From a virus: DNA of 64,000 nt. Each line of letters begins with the position of its first letter. Within the stretch, counting starts at the first letter, position 1. This document shows positions 17,718-25,676 of this stretch, piece after piece. The stretch spans positions 1 to 64,000 of IMG/VR virus record IMGVR_UViG_3300050120_000074; one strand, 5' to 3'. Position numbers and translations under genes: made by a program. Below the pieces are notes generated by a model. That model was not told the DNA's origin and searched no databases. It saw only the letters and a list, made by a program, of their open reading frames with translations.

Positions 17718-18259
17718 TCGGTCACCTCGACCTTGATAAGTTGGCCGTGCATAGCCATTTTTTCGTTTGCGAGAGTTACCAAGCTGAGGTGCGGGCCTTC
17801 GGCCATCTCGACAGTTTTGGATTCGCCCGGCATGAGGATCGAGTCGATCTGCGGCAACGATTGGCGCGATGCCGTCTCGTTGGTAACCGTTACCATCACC
17901 GGATAAGTGATCGATTCGTCAGCTTCAGATGCGGTTTCTGAATTGACCTGCGCCTCATCAGTTGGCGCCGACGCCGCTGCCGATGCAGCCGCTTTCGAGG
18001 CTTTGGTAGCCTTGACCGGTGCTGTCGGAGCAGGGGCTTCAGCTACTGGATCAGTCGCTTCAGTCACTGGAATATCGGTTGTGGCCGCAGTTTCTTCGGG
18101 CACAGCAGCAACATCGGTCGCCGTTGCGGATTCGGTTGCAGGTGCTGCCTCGGTAGTCCCGGAAGCATCAGCAACCTCGCTTGCGTCGGTGGCGGTAGCC
18201 GCAGCGGACGAATCCGCTGCAACCTCTTCCGCTGCCTTTTCAGTCGTGGTGGCAGCCAT
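17714..18259 (-). CDS. Protein with Ala/Thr/Glu-rich disordered N-region and small C-terminal beta domain (decoration-like)
   Basis: About 115 aa of low complexity, then ITYPVMVTVTNETASRQSLPQIDSILMPGESKTVEM. Immediately downstream of the putative capsid gene. Confidence 0.5.
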   Translation of the reverse strand: MAATTTEKAAEEVAADSSAAATATDASEVADASGTTEAAPATESATATDVAAVPEETAATTDIPVTEATDPVAEAPAPTAPVKATKASKAAASAAASAPTDEAQVNSETASEADESITYPVMVTVTNETASRQSLPQIDSILMPGESKTVEMAEGPHLSLVTLANEKMAMHGQLIKVEVTE

Positions 18260-18272
18260 TTACATCACCCCT

Positions 18273-19943
18273 TTACGAAGTCGGGAACAGGTTCGAAACG
18301 GTGATCATGGCCGCGCCCAGGGCCGAAGGCTGGTGCGGGTTCACTTGCGTGAAGTTACGGGCATACAGCGCGTTCTGCTCCTTCAGATCGCTGTTGAACG
18401 CCAGGCGCAGGACAGTCAGCGGCACCGCGTCACCGAAGACAATCGGGTTACGCGCAACCTGGGCCGACTTGCCGACGAGCAGCAGAGTGGCGCTGGTGGC
18501 GGTCTCGGTAACGACCTTCGGCGAGTAGTACACCTCATACATGCCGAACAGGCGCCCCAGGCGATAGATGGCTGGGCGAGCGGTCAGGCCGGACGGCACG
18601 AACAGCTCGGCAGGCAGGGATGGCAGCTGGGCGGCGACGTTCATCGGCACGTACAGGTGAGTACCGCCGTGGTCCATGGTGTCATTCGCCATCTGCTGCG
18701 AGCAGATGCCCAGGACGGTCGCGAAGTCCTGCCAGATCATGGCGCGGGTCTTCAGCGTCATCTGGGTGCTGTAGTTGAAGTTGAAGGTCTGCTGGTTGTT
18801 CACGGCGATGGACATCGCCTTGCGCAGAGCCAGGTAGTGACGTTCGTTCGCCGCTTGGTTGCGCATCGCGATCAACGATTCGGCGCCGAGATCAATGCCG
18901 ATTTCGTTGTTGTACTGGGTCTTCGTGTCCCAGGTCGTTGCGACCAGACCGCGCCATGCGCTGGCGTACAGCTTGTACGACTGCACTTCGGTGATCAGGT
19001 TCGGCGTCAGCGTCGGGTTGCCTTCCAGGTCGATGAAGCCTTCGGATTCGACGATGGTGCCGGTCGGCAGTGCAGGCGAGAACGCCAGGGCCAGGGCGCC
19101 GGTCGTGCGGGTGATCGTACCCGAGATGGTGTACGACACACCGGCGAGGGTCAGCGAGCCGGAGATCGGGCTGTTGGTAACCGATGCGGCTACATCGATG
19201 CTTTCCTTGGCAGCGAACAGGCCATTGATGAACACCATGGTACGACCGCGCAACAGTGGCGCAGGCGTAGAGCCGTCAGTTGTGAAGGTCGCGGTGCCGG
19301 TCGCCAGACCAGTAGCCAGGGTGACAGGAATGCGGCGCTCGGACGTCAGGTAGGCGTCACCGGAGTTGATACCGTCCAGCAGTTGGCCATTGGTATAAGC
19401 ACCGTAGGTGGAACCGGCCTGGTGGCTGACGATACCCAGCAGGGATTCGTTGGAGCCGATATCTGCGGGCAGATACACGGCCCACGGAGTGGCCTCGGCG
19501 ATGGCCTGGGTAATAGCCACGACGATGCGGTTTGGCTGCGAGGCGCCTTCGTCCGAGTGGACGGAGGTGCCGATGCCGTCGAGCAGTTCGCGGCCCGGTT
19601 TTGCAGCAGCGATACCTTGTGCAATGGCGGAATCCATGACGTCTGCGGTCGGCAGATGGCCGTGAGCGCTTTCGAATTCTTTCATGCCGCGCAGGACGGA
19701 GTCGAGGATGGTTACGTGCAGCTTTTCATCGACCCCTGCGAACAGAGACTCCAGTCGAGCCGGGATCTTCGTCGCTTCAGAGCTACCGCTTGCCGACACA
19801 CCGTCGAGCAGGTCCTTGTTGAAGTTGTGAGCTTTGGAAGTATCCAGGCTGCCGTTCGTGCCGCGCGAGGCATCGAAGGCATCATAGAAGAAGTCTTCCG
19901 TCTTATTCAGCCCGCTACCGGGGGTGTAGATTGCTTTCGGCAT
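18273..19943 (-). CDS. Putative major capsid protein
   Basis: 556 aa from MPKAIYTPGSG with a GAGAG RBS. Preceded by a terminator and 5-prime UTR, followed by decoration-like genes. Assignment by context only. Confidence 0.45.
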   Translation of the reverse strand: MPKAIYTPGSGLNKTEDFFYDAFDASRGTNGSLDTSKAHNFNKDLLDGVSASGSSEATKIPARLESLFAGVDEKLHVTILDSVLRGMKEFESAHGHLPTADVMDSAIAQGIAAAKPGRELLDGIGTSVHSDEGASQPNRIVVAITQAIAEATPWAVYLPADIGSNESLLGIVSHQAGSTYGAYTNGQLLDGINSGDAYLTSERRIPVTLATGLATGTATFTTDGSTPAPLLRGRTMVFINGLFAAKESIDVAASVTNSPISGSLTLAGVSYTISGTITRTTGALALAFSPALPTGTIVESEGFIDLEGNPTLTPNLITEVQSYKLYASAWRGLVATTWDTKTQYNNEIGIDLGAESLIAMRNQAANERHYLALRKAMSIAVNNQQTFNFNYSTQMTLKTRAMIWQDFATVLGICSQQMANDTMDHGGTHLYVPMNVAAQLPSLPAELFVPSGLTARPAIYRLGRLFGMYEVYYSPKVVTETATSATLLLVGKSAQVARNPIVFGDAVPLTVLRLAFNSDLKEQNALYARNFTQVNPHQPSALGAAMITVSNLFPTS

Positions 19944-20050
19944 TGATCTATCTCTCAAGTGAAGAACGCCCACAGCGGGCCTTGTATCTAGACCCATCCT
20001 AAATGCTTCCGAAGACCTCCCTTAGTTGTCCTTTCCGAAAGTTCGGCAGA

Positions 20051-20081
20051 CAAAAAAGCCAGCACTCGGCTGGCTTGTTTT
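20051..20081 (-). terminator. Intrinsic (bidirectional) terminator upstream of the capsid gene
   Basis: AAGCCAGC-actcg-GCTGGCTT flanked by an A6 run and a T-run. Confidence 0.6.
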
Positions 20082-20098
20082 GCGCAACAATATTGCTC

Positions 20099-20524
20099 TC
20101 AGGTAGCGCACTCTCCTAGGAGCGCCTTAACAGCCAAGTCGAGCGCAGGATCTTCGCTTCCGACCCACGAACTTTCCTGGACCAGTTCGACGATCTGCTG
20201 GGTCAGCTCGCCCCGCTCAAGGTCAGTGACCGGCCCCTTGAGTCGTTCAACTATCTCCGCGAGCACAGCGCACGGATCGGCACCTTCGACGGTGAAAACC
20301 GAATCCAAGACAGCGGCCTCTGGCCGGATTGGTGACAGCAGACCAAGAACGCTAGCCGCCTCCTTAGCCGCGCGAATACGCTCCATTGGCGGCATGGGGT
20401 TTCCGAGTGCAACCAGAGATTTCCCGAGAGTGCTGGCCAGCCGGATGCGATCCAGCGGTTGAAGGATAGTGCTGATCTGATCGGTCATTGCAGTTTGACT
20501 CATGAAGTAAAAATGATGACCCAT
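20099..20524 (-). CDS. Hypothetical 141-aa protein
   Basis: Start at MGHHFYF has a GGAAAGG RBS. The longer ORF would begin inside a hairpin. Confidence 0.45.
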   Translation of the reverse strand: MGHHFYFMSQTAMTDQISTILQPLDRIRLASTLGKSLVALGNPMPPMERIRAAKEAASVLGLLSPIRPEAAVLDSVFTVEGADPCAVLAEIVERLKGPVTDLERGELTQQIVELVQESSWVGSEDPALDLAVKALLGECAT

Positions 20525-20566
20525 GGTCACCTTTCCGAACGACTGCTCGGCCCAGCTATTTCCCAT

Positions 20567-20589
20567 GAAAAGGCCCACCGAGGTGGGCC
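20567..20589 (-). terminator. Strong hairpin with short T-run (weak terminator or attenuator)
   Basis: GGCCCACC-ga-GGTGGGCC, then TTTT on the minus strand. About 25 nt after the 506-aa gene stop. Confidence 0.35.
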
Positions 20590-20614
20590 GAGAAAGACGC
20601 TCTACCGTTCAGCT

Positions 20615-22135
20615 TTACCCTTGAGCAGCAGCCTTTGAAATCATGAAGTTGGCGTAAGCGACAGAAGCTGCCTCGATAAGCGCGAGCACTTCAGGGTCGG
20701 ACGAATAAGCATCGTTCACTACCTGCAAGCGAGCCTCAAGCCCTTCAGATAGGAAGTCGGCATTGGCGGACAGCAGTCCCTGGAGGAACGCCTTCGCTTC
20801 GGCCAGCGCGGAATCAGAGATAGATGCGCCAGGGTCGATAGCGACTTCGGCGACGATGTCGGCAACAATCTCGGCAGGAATATCAAGGGCGCCCACCACT
20901 TCAGCTACGGGCTCAGCGACCTCGGTCACTACTTCTCCAACTGGTAACGCGGCAGCAGTCAGCGGCTCTGCAACGATCTCGGCGCGCAGGCGCTCGATCT
21001 CAGCGTCGAGATCGGATAGAGCCTGCTCTTTGCCGGACACACCGGTCTTCAGCACGTCAAGCGCGACCAAGCGATCAGCCAGGTCTGCATTGACCCTCAA
21101 GAAGCGGGCGCTGTTGGATTCGGCCAGGCGCATCACACGCTCGGCAATCGTCTCGATTGCCAGGTTGTTTTCCGACTCCGCATCGACCAGGGCCGTGACG
21201 TCCTTCTTGTTGAGCATCCAGCACCATGCCAACAGCATGTCGCTATCGGAGCGACTGGAATCACACAGCCAGACGCTGATGGTCTGGCCGTCGCTCAGCT
21301 CAAAAACGGCGGCGATATTGATGGCGTCGCGCTGCAAGAATGGCTCACTGATCTGCATAGCGAGCACTTGCAAATCACCCGTGGCGTTCAGGGCGTCCTG
21401 AATATTCCGCATGCGCTCAGCCACATCAGCAGGCGCCACAGCCATCGAATCTAACAGTTCGCGGCTGTCGGCGGCCTCAAGAATGTCGGCGAGCGAAACG
21501 CTATCCAGCAGCAGCTGACCCTGGTCTTCGCGGCGCAGGGCATAGAGGATATTGGCGATTCCGGTGCCAATGGGCTTGGCACTCTTGTCCCAGGCGATAT
21601 TTTGCATTGACGTGTTTCCATCGGTAGAGAGTTGACTTGCGCGAAGCGGCCCGGACTTATCGCCCGCTTTCAGCCACTGCTTGAATTGGATCATGGTGCA
21701 TGGCACAAGGCTGCCCAGGCCATACCAGCCAGGACCGAAGGCGCTGAGATATGCGTTGCGCGCGTCGTGCTCGCTGGGAAATCCAAGCATGACCTTCCCT
21801 TCGTCGAATCTGCCATCCTCGAAAACCTGGTTGATAACGAAGACCTGCTGACTTTCCGGCTGTGGCCCAAGGTAGACATCCAGCTCATCGCCGTCAGCGC
21901 CCATGACGCCCTCAAAATACCCGTAGTCGTTGGCTTGAAAATTACTCCAGGCCTTTCCTTGCTGATCAATCCCTGTGCGATAGCTACCGCGCGGATTCTC
22001 GATAGCGATGGGCATGCCCTGGATCGTTGCGCGGCCTTTCTTGTACTTACCACTTTCCGCCTGCGCAGGCGTAGGCTCGCCCGTTTCATATGCGGTCGAG
22101 TGAGATGCCATTTGCTGCCGAATAAAATCGCTCAT
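20615..22135 (-). CDS. Inorganic-pyrophosphatase-fold N-domain fused to a long coiled-coil/Ala-rich protein
   Basis: MPIAIENPRGSYR...ANDYGYFEGVMGADGDELDVYLG...FDEGKVMLGF parallels PPase IEIP..KYE / NYGY..DGDPVDVLV / D.K..AV motifs. Confidence 0.65.
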   Translation of the reverse strand: MSDFIRQQMASHSTAYETGEPTPAQAESGKYKKGRATIQGMPIAIENPRGSYRTGIDQQGKAWSNFQANDYGYFEGVMGADGDELDVYLGPQPESQQVFVINQVFEDGRFDEGKVMLGFPSEHDARNAYLSAFGPGWYGLGSLVPCTMIQFKQWLKAGDKSGPLRASQLSTDGNTSMQNIAWDKSAKPIGTGIANILYALRREDQGQLLLDSVSLADILEAADSRELLDSMAVAPADVAERMRNIQDALNATGDLQVLAMQISEPFLQRDAINIAAVFELSDGQTISVWLCDSSRSDSDMLLAWCWMLNKKDVTALVDAESENNLAIETIAERVMRLAESNSARFLRVNADLADRLVALDVLKTGVSGKEQALSDLDAEIERLRAEIVAEPLTAAALPVGEVVTEVAEPVAEVVGALDIPAEIVADIVAEVAIDPGASISDSALAEAKAFLQGLLSANADFLSEGLEARLQVVNDAYSSDPEVLALIEAASVAYANFMISKAAAQG

Positions 22136-22144
22136 TCCGACAGA

Positions 22145-22456
22145 CTACCGGCGTTTCGCCGCATTGCTTTTCGCGCTTTCCGACACGCACATAAAGCCGC
22201 CATCGAGCACCCGACCAAGCTCTTCTGCCTCATCCTCCATCCCCTTCATGATGCGACTTATCGTCTCATCGATATCGCGAAGTCGGATGGCGAAAGGGGT
22301 ATTGAATTCGCTGATCAGCTTGAAGTGATCGCCGAGCCGGGAGATCCCGATCAGTGTCAGACGAACAAGCCAGCGCTTCGGTTTCGACAGGTCAGAAGGT
22401 TGCGTATTCCGGTACAGTGTCACCGGGCGTAAGCGACGAAACCGTACAGCAATCAC
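22145..22456 (-). CDS. Small hypothetical protein (GTG start)
   Basis: 103-aa ORF between the GHKL-like and PPase-like genes. Start uncertain. Confidence 0.35.
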   Translation of the reverse strand: MIAVRFRRLRPVTLYRNTQPSDLSKPKRWLVRLTLIGISRLGDHFKLISEFNTPFAIRLRDIDETISRIMKGMEDEAEELGRVLDGGFMCVSESAKSNAAKRR

Positions 22457-22492
22457 GACTTGTCATCCTCGAACATGATGCTAGCCATCGCG

Positions 22493-23611
22493 TCAGAATG
22501 GCACATCATCCGAAGCCCCGTCACATTTTTTGATCTGCTTATAGGGCTCCGATTTCCAGCAAGCTGCCTGTTCGAGAAGTTGCTTGAATCGGGTTTTAGG
22601 CAGCCTGGATAGATATCGCTTGTTCTTTTCAAACCACTCGTCCAGCACTTCCTGCGGGGTCTTCAGCTTCTCCATGTAGATGGTGCGCGAGGAGTAACCG
22701 CCCGCGCTGCTGACGTTCGAGTGGAAGGCCGACGACCCGGTGAACGCCACCGACTTGGCGCCTGCCGCTTTCAAGCGCTTGGCTTCTTCCTCGGAGCGAG
22801 CGATCAGGGCGCCCCCATGCTTTTTCTCGAACAGCTTGAAGCAGGTATCGCGCAGCGCTTGCGGCGCGCCGTAGTGCGAATATTCGAAGTCCGGCACCTC
22901 GGCCTCGGTCTCGCGCGCGATCAGCTCCCATTCCTGTGTCTCGAACCACATGTCCTTGGCCACGAGCTGGATGCTGAAGTTATCGACGGTCTGGCGGTCG
23001 CGTTCGAGATCCATGTATTCCGGCTTGACGCTGTACCCGTACTTGAGCTTCGTGTCGCACACGAACAGGCCGCCGACGTACAGCTTGCCGGGGCGGCTCG
23101 GGAGTATCAAACCCTTCGATGTCTGCTTGGCATCGAGAATCTGTTCCTGCATAAGCAGGCAGCTTTCCTTGATAGCCTGGATGTCGCCGGGGGTAAGGCC
23201 GCTGATCACGAATTGCAGGTCGGCGCCGTCCTCTTCGCCAAGCGTCTCGTCGATCCTCAGACACTCCTCCTCAAAGCTCTCGTGATAGGCGAAGGTCGGC
23301 GTCCAGATCAATGGGCCGTTGTTGCACCTCACGGTATAGCCATCACGCACAAGGACCAGCATAGCGAGCTTGAAGCCTTCGCCGAAGCTTCCAATGGCCT
23401 CGGCCACATCGGCCTTCGAAGTCGCCCCAAGTAGCAGATGGCGAGCCGACAGCGTGATTCCGCGACTGAGGATCGACAGTGACGACTGCGAGAACTGATA
23501 TTCAAAGGGTGCGGCACTATCAATAGCATTCTGGAGCAGTTCGCGAATCGCCTCTTTCATGCCCCAGCGGCGGACATAGGTACGGGCAAGTCCAAGGTCG
23601 TAGCTCTTCAT
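22493..23611 (-). CDS. GHKL (Hsp90/MutL/MORC-type) ATPase-like protein with degenerate G1 box
   Basis: N box IRELLQNAIDS. G2 box AIGSFGEGFKLAMLVLV, as in Hsp90 IGQFGVGFYS. The DxGxG position reads SRGITL. Confidence 0.65.
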   Translation of the reverse strand: MKSYDLGLARTYVRRWGMKEAIRELLQNAIDSAAPFEYQFSQSSLSILSRGITLSARHLLLGATSKADVAEAIGSFGEGFKLAMLVLVRDGYTVRCNNGPLIWTPTFAYHESFEEECLRIDETLGEEDGADLQFVISGLTPGDIQAIKESCLLMQEQILDAKQTSKGLILPSRPGKLYVGGLFVCDTKLKYGYSVKPEYMDLERDRQTVDNFSIQLVAKDMWFETQEWELIARETEAEVPDFEYSHYGAPQALRDTCFKLFEKKHGGALIARSEEEAKRLKAAGAKSVAFTGSSAFHSNVSSAGGYSSRTIYMEKLKTPQEVLDEWFEKNKRYLSRLPKTRFKQLLEQAACWKSEPYKQIKKCDGASDDVPF

Positions 23612-23886
23612 TGAGGGTTACCCTGTTGAATGGAGCGCAACGCTTCCGCGATTTGCAATTCAATTTCAGTCGCCTTGCGGTCGAGCCTGGCTGCCGACTC
23701 AATATCTTCGCGATAGGCCTGGCGGCTGTCGGCGTATTGAGCACTGTTCCGCTCGGACTTGGCCTGCTCCCGAAGGCTAGCTATTTTTGCGCGTGCTTCT
23801 TCGATCTCTACCTGCGTCATGCTTCTTACCCTTTCGGTTGGAATATGCGTGATTTCACGCCGCGTGCATTCGCTCATACTGAGCAC
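23608..23886 (-). CDS. Small coiled-coil protein coupled to the GHKL-like gene (start may be 23820)
   Basis: ATGA overlap with the downstream gene. MTQVEIEEARAKIASLREQAKSE coiled coil. AAGGG RBS before the 23820 start. Confidence 0.45.
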   Translation of the reverse strand: MLSMSECTRREITHIPTERVRSMTQVEIEEARAKIASLREQAKSERNSAQYADSRQAYREDIESAARLDRKATEIELQIAEALRSIQQGNPQ

Positions 23887-23955
23887 TGCTTACAACTATA
23901 CGCTAACAGATTACTAACTATTCGATAAGAATTGCAACCACAAGAGGGGCTGTCC

Positions 23956-24453
23956 GTGGAATTTTTTGTTTCGGTAAGCGGCTATGAGGGTCAGCCGGTA
24001 AGCGTGATCGGCGGCCTTGATGAGGCCACGAATGTGATGGGCATGGTTGGCAAGCTGAAGGATTTCGAAAAAAAGCGCCTCGAAAAAAGGCCGGATATCT
24101 CCATCGTGAGCAATCTCCCGCTAGGGGACCTGGACTTCCTTTTTCGCGAAGAGCATTTGCGCGAGGGGATCACGGCGTACTTGAATCGCAAGCTGCTGAA
24201 TACCATCAATCTAGCGCCAACCATCAAGCTATTTGATCCGGGCTCGGCAATTGAGAAAGATGATATCCGCGAGGGTCGGCAGACCTATAGCATTCTCGCG
24301 ACCATCACGAACGGTCAGATGGCTATCCTGATCGCCTGCGCCTTCTGCGAACAGCAGGCCAAGATCATGAGCAATCAAGTCTTCCTTGACGAGATGAATG
24401 ATCTGTACGAACAGGGCGGCGACAGCGACCTGTACGATATCTATACGATCTAA
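23956..24453 (+). CDS. Lone opposite-strand hypothetical protein (moron-like)
   Basis: GTG with AGAGGGG about 6 nt upstream (track ORF starts at TTG 23932). Only credible plus-strand gene in about 55 kb of minus-strand genes. Visibly lower GC. Confidence 0.55.
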   Translation: MEFFVSVSGYEGQPVSVIGGLDEATNVMGMVGKLKDFEKKRLEKRPDISIVSNLPLGDLDFLFREEHLREGITAYLNRKLLNTINLAPTIKLFDPGSAIEKDDIREGRQTYSILATITNGQMAILIACAFCEQQAKIMSNQVFLDEMNDLYEQGGDSDLYDIYTI

Positions 24454-25604
24454 GGGATCGTGTTGCGCAGTTGATTAGTATCGCCAGGACCGTCGCTACC
24501 GGTGCTCGGATTCGGCATCTCCGAGGCGCCAGCGTCCTTGTGTGGCTGCTCGACCGTATCATCAGTCGTCTGCCCTTCAGCAGGTTTCGGAACCGCGACA
24601 GGATCGACATCGTCCAGAACTTCGTTGGGCTTGTCGTCAGCCACGGTTACCGGCTTCACCATTCCGTTCGTGTCTATCTCGACCTGCAACGGATCGTCAC
24701 TCTCGGGAGATTTAGGCAGATCGACCGTTGATTTTGTGTCATCCACGATAGCGACTTTATCGATCTCTGCACCGGTCAGCCCTGGCGGCGCTTCCGTCGC
24801 ATCCATGATTTCCTTGGCGCCACTTACAGGGCTCTTGTCGCCAACCTCATCTACATCGAGGAAGCCCCCCTCGATCTCCAGAACGACGGCTTGCTCGGTC
24901 GCAACAACCTCAGCATTGGCTGAGGTATCAGCGGGGGCGATGGCGCCATCGGTCGTGATCGTTACCGGATTCGGTTCGTCACTGCCTGGCAGGCGTGGCA
25001 GGCTTACAACTGATTTGACATCATCCTTCTTGACGATAGCCAGGGACTCGTCAGCAGCAGTGGCAGCGGCCAGCGCCTCAGGGGTTGGAGAATCCTGGGT
25101 GATCACCGTCTTGACTTCGTCGAGCACTGGCTCGCCACGCAGCGCCTTGAGTTCGCCAAGGGCAGCTTGGCGTGCAGCGATCTCGCCATCCAGATATTCA
25201 GCGCGGCGCTCAAGGGCTTCGCACATTCCAGGGATCGACGTAGTGATCGACTTAGGCAGTTCGGCCTTGAGACGATCCTGATCCGCCTGGAACGTTTGCT
25301 CATTGGCTTCGGCGGCTTCGGCGATATTGCCGACCAATACTGCCAGGTCGTCGCTCATCTCGACCGGGATCGTATTGCCGTTAAGCAGGACCGCGCAGAG
25401 ATCACCAGATTTCGTAACGCGCAGCGTGACGGTCTGACCGCTGAGTAGCGAAAGCTCAGCCTCTCGAAAAGACACGTTGTTGCTGCGACGGAGCGCGCTC
25501 GCAAACTTTGTTTGGACGACTTGTTGACCGGCGCGGCCCATGATGGATGCTACGCGCTTGATGGCCTTGATCGCATCAGCCTGAGAATTGAAATCGAGTA
25601 GCAT
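24450..25604 (-). CDS. Coiled-coil protein with duplicated acidic C-terminal modules
   Basis: Shares the ELS..GQT(V/I)(T/S) motif and a following coiled coil with the 506-aa protein. Internal duplication KSVVSLPRLPGSDEPNPVTITTDGAIAP / KSTVDLPKSPESDDPLQVEIDTNGMVKP. Confidence 0.55.
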   Translation of the reverse strand: MLLDFNSQADAIKAIKRVASIMGRAGQQVVQTKFASALRRSNNVSFREAELSLLSGQTVTLRVTKSGDLCAVLLNGNTIPVEMSDDLAVLVGNIAEAAEANEQTFQADQDRLKAELPKSITTSIPGMCEALERRAEYLDGEIAARQAALGELKALRGEPVLDEVKTVITQDSPTPEALAAATAADESLAIVKKDDVKSVVSLPRLPGSDEPNPVTITTDGAIAPADTSANAEVVATEQAVVLEIEGGFLDVDEVGDKSPVSGAKEIMDATEAPPGLTGAEIDKVAIVDDTKSTVDLPKSPESDDPLQVEIDTNGMVKPVTVADDKPNEVLDDVDPVAVPKPAEGQTTDDTVEQPHKDAGASEMPNPSTGSDGPGDTNQLRNTIP

Positions 25605-25676
25605 TGGGAAGCACCTTTGATAGCTATGCATTGAGTTTGCATGAGCGCCAGCATGCGCCCGATACGTTATTTCCGG

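Noticed and set aside
17907-19946. 679-aa plus-strand ORF antisense to the putative capsid gene
   Set aside because: The translation is Ala/Gly/Arg/Val low-complexity, typical of antisense frames in GC-rich DNA. It has no RBS context. The minus-strand frame gives a well-behaved protein that sits in an operon.
20525-20578. N-terminal extension of the ORF 20099-20578
   Set aside because: The upstream start codons lie within or immediately after the GGCCCACC/GGTGGGCC hairpin and lack an RBS. The ATG at 20524 has GGAAAGG upstream.
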